A DNA stretch of 64,000 nucleotides. It comes from Ginglymostoma cirratum. Taxonomy: Eukaryota. The DNA lies in contig JAHRHZ010000119.1 of the NCBI GenBank assembly GCA_024137785.1, positions 3,618,171 through 3,682,170 on the forward strand. The letters run 5' to 3'. The translations under genes and the position numbers were made by a program. A model generated the notes under the pieces. That model worked only from the letters and a program-made list of their open reading frames with translations, made no database searches and was not told the origin of the DNA. Shown in pieces: positions 26,601 through 38,600 of this stretch. How positions within the stretch are numbered: position 1 is the stretch's first letter; each line of letters starts with the position of its first letter.

Positions 26601-29600
26601 CACAGCTTGCCTCCTTTGTCCGTGATTAGGCCAACCCTTTTCCCAGATACGCTCTTACCTTTTAATATATGTATAAAGACTTCAGATTTGCCTCAATGCT
26701 ACATTCTATAAATTTATGACACCTTTTAGCCCTTCCAATTGCTTGTTTAAGTTCTTTCCTACTTACTTTATATACTTCAAAGGCTTCATCAGTTCACATC
26801 CTCCTAAACCTCACATATGCTTCCTTTTTTGAATCTGATCAAAGTCAATATCCCTGGTCATCCAAGGTTCACATAACTTGGGACTATTTCCTTCATTATT
26901 GCAGGAAAATGATGCTCCTGAACTCTTAACTGCTGTTTGAAATACTGCCACATACTCATGTAGATTTACCCTCAGCCACCTCCCATCAAAATTCTGCAGT
27001 TCCTGCTTAATGTTCTGTAGATCGCTTTCCACAATTTAACACTAAGGATGGATGGAGAAACTTGAACACTTTCATCTGGGCTTCAAGGAATGAATCAAAC
27101 CCTTGAAAACAGCCTTCTCAAAATGCACTTTTCAAAAAGAAATATTCTTACTGGATAATGAAGTTCATTTGAAAGAGATTAGATTTTAAGATAGAAGATC
27201 GGATGCTACTTTACCATTAGGTTTATCATTGTCATTTAAAACTTCATTCCACAATGTAATATTCTCCAAATTAAAATATTCAGGAGTGTCTTTTACGATC
27301 AGATTGAGTGTGATGTTTTTGGTTGGATTGAATATATTAATGCTGTGAATTTCTCCCCGTTTTACTGTCTAAAATAAAGCAGTTTTGTTCTGTGGGTTAC
27401 TATTCTATCACCACGTCTTTATTTTGACTCAAATGTTTTGATTCTAGAATTTTAGATGTTTTAAAACATTGTAATTTTCATCCATAAAGATCTTGAAGGC
27501 AGATACATTCTACATGGGAGTGTTTCTCTCAATTTTTCTCATCCAAGACGTGCAAACCGATCTCCATGTTCGAGTAGTCACCCTGAACTATGAAGGAATC
27601 CGCACAAGATTAATTAGTTTGCCAGATAATGACAGGACACTAATTCAATAGGGAAACTGCGCACTGTACAAATTCAGAGGACTTCGCCACCCATTTACAG
27701 ATCCAAGGCTACGAGACCTTCAACCAACACCAGTATCTCAGGAACTTAAAGCCAGCTGGTAAGCCGCCCAAATACCACTCCAACCAGAATCACCCTACCC
27801 ATTCAGATATTGGCTTGCACAGTTACGTGGAAGTGAGTGATAAAAATCTCAGCTGCCATCAACAGGTTCACCAGGTTGAATTAACAGCAAGTCCGATTGG
27901 TTGCTAATGCTCTGGAATGCCTTCCTGGCTCCCACACAATCTTCAAATGCAGATGTAGCATTTTCAACCTAATCAGGACATGCTCACATGTCTTCCACAG
28001 CAAGGATATCTTCCCATTACTGGGAGTTAGCACAGAGGCTCTGTAGTTAGCACTGCAGCCTCACAGCACCAGGGACCCAGGTTTGATTCCACCCTCAGCG
28101 ACTGTGGGGAGTTTGCACGTTCTCCAAGTCTGCGTGGGTTTCCTTCTAGTTCAAAGACGTGCAGATGACGTGGATTGGCTGTGCCAAATTGCCCATAGAG
28201 TCCAGGGATATGCATGCTAGGTGGATTAGCTACAGGAAATGCAGGGTTACACAGATAGGGTAGGGGGCAGTCTGGACTGAAACAAATGGTCTACTTCCAC
28301 ACTGTAGGGATTCTATAACTTAAGCAGTCCATTATTTTCATTTATTCAGGCACCCATGGTTTCTGGTAGCAACTTGAAGCAGTTTTCCTGTACTTCATCT
28401 CCAACTGTTTCTGTAGTGTCAGGGCATTTTTCAAAGAGATCAGACCATTTCTCATTTAGTACATGCACGTTATAGTGATCGATAGCTGCAAAGGTGGTGG
28501 AGGTGCAACGAGGATCTTGCAGCTGCTCCTGGGGTTGCATGCTTGAAGTTTTATTATAGTCTTAGTACAGGCATTATATTTAACTAATAGAAAACATTTG
28601 GATAAGTCCATGAATAGGAAAGTTTTTTTGGGGGGTGGGGGCGAATATTAACCAGCAGCAGGCAGGTGGGACTAGCTTAGTTTGGGATTGTTTGGACCAA
28701 AGGGTATGTTCCCGCACTGTATGACTACGACCTTCAAGGACTGCTGTTATCCCTATCTTGGGTATTATGACACTTTGGTACTATGACCTTTTCTGCCCTC
28801 CCTACCCCCAGAATGTCCTGCAGCTGCTTGGAGACATCCAGGACCCTAGTACCACGGAGACAACACCACCCTGGTGTCTTGGTTGAAGCCACAAACACCT
28901 ATTCCCCTTACAATTATAGGGGATTCAATTATATCATTTCTATGCCTCTGTCCCTCCATCTGCAGTCGACCCACCCACAGACCATGAATTTGGCTGCTGC
29001 CATTGTCGCCTTATGCATGGCTGTTCCACTTAAATCGGCACATCTTTGCACTGTGGAAGGAAGTCCGAGCATCTGGCAGAAATCCAGGCAGACAAGGAGA
29101 ATGTGCAAACTCCACACAATTGCCTGAGGCTGAAACCGAACCCAGCTCCCTGGCACTGAGGCAGCAGTGCTAACTCAAACCTCTCTAGGATACCCTGCAG
29201 AGGATCCTTCCAGATATTCCAAGAGAATGATCAGTTTTCACAATCGAGTTCACAAGGTTGTATCTAGCAACAACAGTAGTAAGCTGGAAGGCTCCTTTTC
29301 TTGAGCCACTTGATCACCAAGTATTAGTCAAAGCAGTAAGTGAGAGCGGATGGCTGTAAATTACTGTCTCCTTTGAGCAAATATTTACAAAAGACAGGTG
29401 GCTGCCAGAAGTACCTTATTCAAAGTTTGCCATGTCCGGTTAGTTTTGTAAGAAGTCAATATTCAGTTGCCTACAATCCTTCAAACAAGTCCACTAAAAC
29501 TAAACATGAAGCCCACATAACTGTATCTGTTACAGAATCATTGCCACCTCAAAGCCTTGCTCACATTTTCAAAACTCATTTAACACCTATTAACCCATCT

Positions 29601-32600
29601 CTCCATAATATCTGATCCTAGATCCCCAGCTGCTCAAGCCTGACATAGAACTTAACTATGTTCAATTTTGAAAAATCTAAATCCCAGGGTGCTAGCCATC
29701 AAATGAGAGACTAAGCATTTTTTTTGGGACACAGACCTATCATGAACTAGAATATTAGAGCTACATTGCTGTGCAGCTGGACTCAAGGCTCTACATTATT
29801 GACCACCCAGTTGTATGGGTACCATTGAAGTTCACCTTCATGCAACTATAACATGGAGATTCCACCCCTCCTATCTTCAATTGAGATTTTCATTATTAAA
29901 ATCAGGTCACAGCACTAGTGTTCAAAATTCAGGGTCAAACATGTGATTGGATTACCTAATTAAGATAGCAGAGAGCAGTCCACAGACAGCAAGTTTTCTG
30001 AAGTAAAGCTATCACGGAGAAGAGAAATACTCTGAAGGTGCATTCATCCATCACTTTAGAAATTTGGGCACTTCGAACTATTTTAAATCAAATAATGCGC
30101 AAACAGTATTTTTTTAAAAATTTGAATGCCAAGTCAATTTAAGAACCAGCTATATTTATAAAACAAACAATGACAATTTCAAACTGACTACATTGCTCAA
30201 TTGTCATGCACTTCAGCCTGAAAGACTTTGGAATCTACTTAACAGCAACAATTTTTGAAGTGCTCACGTTTTAAGGTTTACCTGTCATATTTTTCCAGAA
30301 GGCATGCTGGTCTCTGCTTGGCATATGGATAGTCTTTGATTTCCAGTAATTTTTCCTGCAAGAAAAATGCACTCAAACTAATGATTTTATATCATCTACA
30401 TTGCATGAATGCTTAAAAAACACAGCTTTTAATTGCAGATATTTCAATGTATACATTAGAATATCACAGGCAAAGGACTTGCTTCAATTGTATTTAACAC
30501 TGGCAGACTGACACCAAGTGTGGCGTGCAGTTCTGGTCCCCTTCGTCAAGGGAGGATATATAATATCACAAAAGGAATGCAATGGAAGTTCACCATACAA
30601 TTCCAGAGGTGGCAGCACTATCCTCGGAGGATAGATTATAGGATTCTGGACCCATATTCTCATGCTTTTAGCAGAATGGAGTTATGTTAATACACAATTC
30701 TATAAAAGGGACAGACGATAAGAGTTGATACAGGCAGTATGTTGCCCTATACTATCTTAATGGTATCTTGACTCAACAGTCCCAGATGAAAACACAGGCC
30801 ATTAAAAACACACCAGGATCAACTTCAGAGGGTTGAGAAACTCGGAATTTTCTACTCCAGAAGGATGAGAAACCTAATTAACTCAGTTCACAGGTTGATA
30901 AATATATAATTTCTAATGGCTTCAAGGGATTATGGAGAAAAGCACATTAATTTGGCAAAGATAATGAGCCATTAACCTACAGCAGCACAGCAAAGGGCTT
31001 GATGACCAAATGTCTGCCCTGACAGCTTCAGCAGATAGTGCTGTCACCTTCATTCCACCCTCAAATGTCAATTCCTACTACCTGTTACTATGCCATCTGG
31101 CCAAAACCCAACATCTCCCCTTGAAGGATAATTGCTATCTGGTCTGCAGCATTGTATGTCTGGTGTCAGATTCAAATTGGTTGAGGTGTGGCAAAAATAA
31201 GTTAACCAAAAAACTTGAAGTAACTCAAATTTAGGGGAAAACTGGATTGTGGGCTGTAGCTTAGACAGTCGCGTCAGATTTGGGGGAAGCAGGATTAAAA
31301 TTGTCTCTATCCCTATGCAACATCCAGTCAACCAGTGTTGCATAAACAATTGTGTAGATATTGAACCTAGCTGCACCCAATGCTGAAGTAAACTCAGTGG
31401 ACTGGTCTAGAGGCTGCAAATTTCAAAACACAAGCTGGAAGAATCTTAGAGATAAGATTAGAGATAAGGCATTTCCGATGAAGGGTCTAGGTCCGAAACG
31501 TCAAGCTTTCCTGCTCAGCCTGCTATGTTCCTCCAGCCCCACACCTTGTTATCCTGGAAGAATCTTAGCTTTTTCTGGACAGTTTAGCATAAACCAGGAA
31601 TTAGAATTCACTTAAAATGTTAAACTGCACATACTTCATCCTGGCATGACAAGATACAGCACAATTACCCGATTGCCCAGTACTTAGCTTTAAAAATTGA
31701 CACAGCACCCAGACTGTGGTCTAAATCTTAATGGGGGAAGCCATTAAAAACCTGTGGCATGCCCCACAAGTGAAGCCTTCCCAAAACCAGTACTAATTCC
31801 ATTCCTGCATCATGTTCGGAGCATTGCCCACCTCCCAACTCAAAGCTTCTGCCGTCTATTTGAAGACCTGACATACAAGGGATATCAGTTACCTAATGCT
31901 CTGGTAACCTTGGGACTTTGCATAGGTACGGCATCAACAACTGCATCATTTCTTACAAGAATACTCACTTGCACAAAAGATTCATCAGTAGGCACAAAGT
32001 GTACAGGCATACTGGTAACGAGTTAATCATACCACACCAAGGTTCCTTGCTGTACTGCAAAGTGTGACTTAAACTTCCAAACAGGAAGTGCTTAGTCATC
32101 AAGCCCTACAAGTCTGAAACAGCTATCGAACATTTATTCACAATCGCCTCTAGATATCAACTTGGATATCGGTAACTATTTTGTCCTAAGTTACTACAAG
32201 ACACTAAATCATTCCCAAAAACCTCAACACCCATGCTGAGTGATTAACAATAGCATTGTCACATTCAACTCTTTGCATTAACTGTGCAAATGCCAATGAT
32301 GATTCAAGAAAATTTTCCAACCTGATCCTGCAAATTGCTTCCAGTGGACATTTTTCTTCAAAACCCATCTAAGGCAATATGAACTACATGTTGCATATAG
32401 CAGAGCTAATTAGCTGTCCGTCACACAACTTCACGGTGTTGAAATTAGGTAGTTCAAATCATAACCATTTGTAATGCCTGATATTCGAAACATATCCCTC
32501 AGACTAAGACTACCAATACAATACCATTGAAAAAGCTGCCAGTCATGATGTGCAGCTGCAAATATTGTACATTCTCTCCAGAAAGATCCTAATCACTAAG

Positions 32601-35600
32601 TAGTTGCTTCATCAGTACAGTTTACTTGAGGCAATCCATCCAATTGGAAATTCTAGATCTAGAATCTAGATATCTGCACAAGTACAATTTGATCAATTAA
32701 TATTGTTTACTGTGCATTGGTTCAGCTACTTGCCATGGTTATAAAATGGTCACATTATTTAAGTTAAGCTTTTTTAAACTCACTTAGTACATGGACACTA
32801 ACATGTAAGCAGTTAGGAATCAAGTTATAGATCAAATTACCACTGCTAGGATTGAATAGAGTTACTTGCTTCAATCACGCAACATTTTTGAACGATGTAC
32901 AGAATTTGTTAGATTAATGAAATTCAGCCTTGATCTTAGTTAATGGATGGATTTCCACCACCCCCCAAACATTGAAAATTATACCTCAAAGTGATTAATT
33001 TTCCCCTTCCTTTTAAATAGACTACTTGCCACAACTCTTTGCTGCAAAGAGCACACATTGGAGACCATGCCTCAACCTCCAAAGCTCTTCAGATATTGCC
33101 ACTCCAAAAAAGGTACCCAGAGGAATTCCAATTAGGAAACAGGTTGATATGAATATCAATAAAACAGCACAAGCATTTTACATGATAAACAAAACGTAAA
33201 GTGAGAAGGATCAAGGGAGTGCATTTGCAATCTTGAGTGGCCCAAGAGGCATTTGGATAAAATGATTATGAGCACAAAAAGCAGAGAAATTACACATTCT
33301 GAAGAGTCATATCAGACTCAAGTTAGCTATTTAGCTCTCCACAGATCCTGCCAAATCAGATTTTCTCCAATTTTTTTAAAAAAATATTTCCAGCATCAAC
33401 AGTATGTTGCTTTTATTCAAATTATGCTGAGCATTAAAAACAGCTCATGATAGGTCACAAGTAACAGTGTGGAGCTGGAGGAACACAGCAGGCTAGACAG
33501 CAGAGGAGCAGGAAAGCTGACATTTTGGGTCAGGACCTTTCTTCAGAAGAACGGCCTGCTGTTTTCCTCCAGCTCCACACTTATCTCCAACGCCAGCATC
33601 AGCAGTTCTTATTATCTCTAGGTCACAAGTAGCCCAGTTCTGAAAGACATCATGAAGTGTGACAAGATATTTTGAAAGTTTGCACAGTAGATGTACTATC
33701 CTGGTGGGTGCATGGCCCAGAGATGCACAATAAGAAAAGCTATTACCATTAAAATGATGGTTACAAGGACAAGTGGACAGATTTAATATCTGGTCAAGAG
33801 ATGGAGAAGAGGCTTCAGTGAATCGCAAGGACTCGAAACTTACTGCCCAAAAAGGAGTGGACAAAGTGGAATCAGTGTAAGAAAATCAGATTGCACTTAG
33901 AGATTAAATTTATCAAACTGTAAGGAATGGACACAGCTAGACTGCTCTGCCGAAAGCCATTTTATACGTGGGCTGAATGGCCTGTACTGCAAACAACTCT
34001 GCAATTTCATAGCTCCGTTTAAAGCAGAGTGGGATGGGGGGCTGGTAGTGGTCAGGGAGCAGGGCGTATACTGAATTACATATTGGTCAGGATGAGGAAC
34101 ACTGCTCTCCAACATTCACAATCCTCAAGAGTTTCCCTTCATAAGGATCACTGCTGCATGTGAAGTGACTTTGAGTGAATCACGGATGGATCAAAGCTGA
34201 GATCAAAGCTCATTATGACATCTCCTTGCCTGGAAAACATACAACTTCAAGTACTGCACCATACACATGCAGCCCTGAGCATTAATAAATTCAACGTATT
34301 TGAGCACAGTAATAACACCAATTGGCTTTGGCAACCACAGGTCGGGGGAGCAGGAGGCCAGGAATAAGATACACAACCAATGAGTAAAGGCGCATGGGAG
34401 GCTGAGCATATGGAGATGGTGGTCAGCTGAGATCAAGAGCACACACAATAAAAAAGGGAGTACACCACTTGCATCTGTTCCACCATTCGATATGATCAAC
34501 ATGCACGCACACAATTTTTGGCCACTTAGTGGTTATGAATTTTGCAGGCTCACCACTCATTGGGTGAAAGGATTTCTCATCTTAGTCTTCAAAATTACCC
34601 CACATTTCCTCCCCCACCATCACAAACATCCTTCCTGCATCTAACCTACCTAGTTAGGTTAGAATTTTATAGGTTTCCCTTAGATCCTGCCCTCATTCTC
34701 AACTCCAGAGAATACAATCCTAAGCCAAACCTTTTTAAAAAAAAGACAATTCAAATCAGTCAGTGCAGAAACAAGACGTATAGCCACAATTCATACAGGG
34801 CATTGATGAGGTCACACCTTGACTACGGTATGCAGTGTTGGTCTCCTTATTCAAAAGGAAAGATGTTCTTGCTAAAGAGATATAACAGTACTGTGCCGTT
34901 CAGAGATTTGTTCTGTCCTGGTCATCTTGCATGCTGTCATAGCAGTGCTGGAGTGTCTGCTTCAGAAGCAATGGGTAAACAGCTTTGTGCTTTAGTGGGT
35001 TTTTTTGAAAACAAAAGACAGAAGCAGCACGAATGGATGGAATCAGGCTCACAATGACCCAGGCTTTTACTTTCACTTTGTTGAAGCTAGGGTTTTTGGA
35101 GTTGAAACTACTAGATGTAGCTCTCTCCCTCTGCTGCACTCAAAAGCAGAAGTTCTCTCTCTACTGTTAGATTGCTTATTTTTGTATTCCTTTCTCCTAG
35201 ATAGCTCGTTAGGAAGATGTTTTACAAATTTGCTGCTGCCAAGGGCGTATTTATGGGACACTATATTGGAACAGTTGAGTAGTTAAACAATGTTTAGTAT
35301 TTCAATAGAGTTAAAGTTAGGCTGATTCTTGTTTGTAATTTAACTGTAAGAATACAGTGTTTCACTCAGAGCCTAGTAGTGTACCAAATCACAACTGGAA
35401 CACAGCATCTTACACTTTCCTTTGAGTAAAGGAATTCCAGCCTTGCTATATTTTGAGGGGGTTTGGTCTGGTCCATAAGAGGGAATGCAGTAAAGCTTTA
35501 CCAAAAGCAGCTGTGAACTTGAAAGATAAGTCTAAAGGACAATTCCAAGTGTGAAATTGTACACCTTGGAATGACACATCGAGATAAACAATTGGCACAT

Positions 35601-38600
35601 AACAGTACATACAGATTCTCACATTAAAAACATCATTTTGATGCCACAGCCAAAGTCAAAATCCAACACACCCTAGCGATCAAGCAAGTGTAAATTCACA
35701 TTTTATATCATTTAAAAATAAGAGTCTCCGATGTATTGGCTACTTAAATACCAAATACTTAAGCCAAGTCACAACTTGATAAACCATTCACGTGGATTCA
35801 GAAAGGTTCCCACTGACAACTAAACTCAATGTCAGCAATGTTACATCTGCACCCAGACAGGACATCCTGGAGGGCACATCCACAGAGGCAAAATGGATAG
35901 AGTTCAAAAATAAGATGGGAGCAATCACTGATTGGATTATACTACAGGCCCCTCAACAGCCAAGAGATTGAGGAACAAAAATATAGGTGGGTTATGGTAA
36001 GGTGCAATAAAAAGAGTTGTCATAGCGAATGACGAACTTCCCTGGTATCAGCCGGGAATCCCTTAGAGCAAGAGTTTAGACAGGGCAGAATTTGTTATGT
36101 GGCATCCAAGAGGGTTTCCTGAAACAGTATGTGGATAATCCAGCTACAGGCGGGGCCATACTGGACCTTGTATTGACTAACGAGCCTGGCCAGGAGACAG
36201 ACCCTTCAGTGGGAGCACATCTTGTTAAGTGAACACAACCCCTTAAGTTTTAACTCACTCAGATAGCAAGAACTGCTGATGTTGGAGTCTGAGATAACAA
36301 TGTGTGGAGCTGGAGGAACAGAGCAAGCCAGGCAGCAGAGGAGCAGGAAAGCTGACGTTTCAGGTCTGGACCCTTTTTTCAAAAATGAAGAAAGGTTCTG
36401 ACCCAAAGTGTTGGCTTTCTGCTCCTCTGATGCTGCCTGGCCTGTTGCATTCCTCCAGCTCCACACATTGTTATTCCTTAAGTTTTAAGACAGCTATGAA
36501 CAAGGATAAGTCAGGACCTCGAGCGAAGGCACAAATTGGGAGAGGGCAAATTACATCAGTGTTAGGCAGGAACTAGAGTGTTCGTTGGGAGGAGCTGTTA
36601 TCAGGCAAGTCCAGATTTGACATGTGGGAACTATTTAAAGACCTGCTGAGGAGAGTTCAAGTCTGGTGTGTTCCAGTAAGGAGGAAGGATAAGGGTGGTA
36701 AAGTAAGGGACCCTTGGATAATGAGGGAGTTTGTGAATTTAGTCAAAAAGGAATTTAAAAAAACACATAAGGAAAGCTAAAATCAGATAGGGCTCATGGG
36801 GAATACAAGAAAAGCACCCAAGCAGGAAATTAGGAGAGCAAGAGGGCATGAAACGATCTTGGCCAGTAGAGTTAAAGGTATTCTATGGATCCATTTAAAA
36901 ACAATAGGATAATTAGGGAGAAGGTAAGACCGCTCAAGGTGAAAGGAGGGAAACTTGTGCTTGGAAGCAGAGAATATGGGCATGATCCTAAATGAGTACT
37001 TTGCATTAGTATTCACCGAGAAGAATATGGAGAATAGATTTGTGTGGACCATGCTAAAAATGCATTGAGATCAAGAAAGAAGTGGCGTTGATCTCTTGAA
37101 GACCAAAGTGGCTAAGTTCCCAGGGCCCGATGGTATCTAGCCCAGATTATTGAGAAAGGCACGACAGGAGATTACTGGGAACTTGATCAAGATCTTTGTA
37201 TCCTCACCAGCTACTGGAGAGATCCCAGAGTACTAATGAATGGCTAGTGTTGTTCTTCTGTTCAAGGAGGGAACTAGAGATAATCTGGGAAACTACAGAC
37301 CAGCAAGTCTCACGGTGGTTGGAAAGCTATTAGAGAATTCTTAGGGACAGGATTTATGCACATTTGGAAAAAGCATGGCCTCATTAGGGCCACTTAGCAT
37401 TAGCTTTGCGCAGGGCAGGTCATGTCTTACTGAATGATTGGCTTTCAAGGTGGTGACAAAGGTGATTGAGGGTAGACAGTGGATGTTAATAAGGCTTTCG
37501 ACAAGGTCCCTCACGGTAGTCTCATCCAGAGGATTAAGACGCATGGGATCCATGGTGACTTGGCCACATGGATTCAGAATTGGCTTGCCCATAGAAGCTA
37601 GAGGGTATTGGTGGCATTTTCCAGGCTGGAAATCCATGACTAGTGGTGTCCTGCAGGGGATCTGTACTGGGACCTCTGCTGTGTTAGATTTATATAAAAG
37701 TGACTTGGATGAAAATGTAGACAGGTAGGTTAGCAAGTTTGCAGACAATATAAAGATTGGTGGAGTTAGGGATAGTGTAGAAGATTGTTAAAGGATACAG
37801 CAGGATATGGGCAGAGATACGGCAGATGGAGTTTAATCCGGGTAAGTAAGGTGCTACACTTTGGGAGATCAAGTGTTAAGGAAATATAGCTAGTGGCAAG
37901 GCTCTGAACAGCTTTGATGGACAAAAGGATCTTAGGGGTTCAAGTCCATAGCTCCCTGCAATTAGCCAAGTAGAGAGGATGGTAAAGGTGGTGTATAGCA
38001 TGCTTGCTTTTATTGGTTGGAGAATTGTGTACAAGTATCAGGATGTCATGTTGCAGCTTTTAAGATGTTGATTAGGCCACAGTATTGCATTCATTTCTTG
38101 TCACCCCACTACAGGAAAGATGCAGGGGCTTTGGAGCGAATGCAGAGAAGGTTTACCAAGATGATGCCTGGACTAGAGGTTTAGCAGTACAGAGGCTAGA
38201 AAAACTCAGTCTCTGCTACTCAAAGGAAAACAGAGCAGGGGAACCTGATACAAATCTATAAAATTGAGAATGCATAGATAGAGTTGAAATGTCTAATACT
38301 AGGGGACATGCATTTAGGGTGGAGGTGGGGAGTTCAGAGGAGACACCAGGACCAATTTTTTTGTTTAAAAAAGCAGTACCAGTCTGGAACACTGCCAAGG
38401 TGGTGGTAGTAGAGGCATTTAAAAGGACTTATTCCTTGCATATTCATGTCATTGTCTAAAAGGCATATAGACCAACAGCAGACAGAAGGGATTAGTTTAA
38501 TTTGGTGTCATGTTTGGCACAATATCATGGGTTGAAGGGCCGCTCTGCTGTACAGTTCTATGTTGTATCATTTTAACACTTCTAGATCAAATCCTAAAGT

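Noticed and set aside
27050-27620. Block with reversed strand skew and faint Gypsy gag-like peptides (KDVVIE, FRQ*NGEKF) on the minus strand
   Set aside because: Too decayed to support a call without a profile search.
28027-28100. tRNA-like A/B boxes here and at the heads of the 44.7, 45.4 and 45.8 kb repeats
   Set aside because: They continue into V-domain and LINE-tail sequence, so they are SINE heads rather than tRNA genes.
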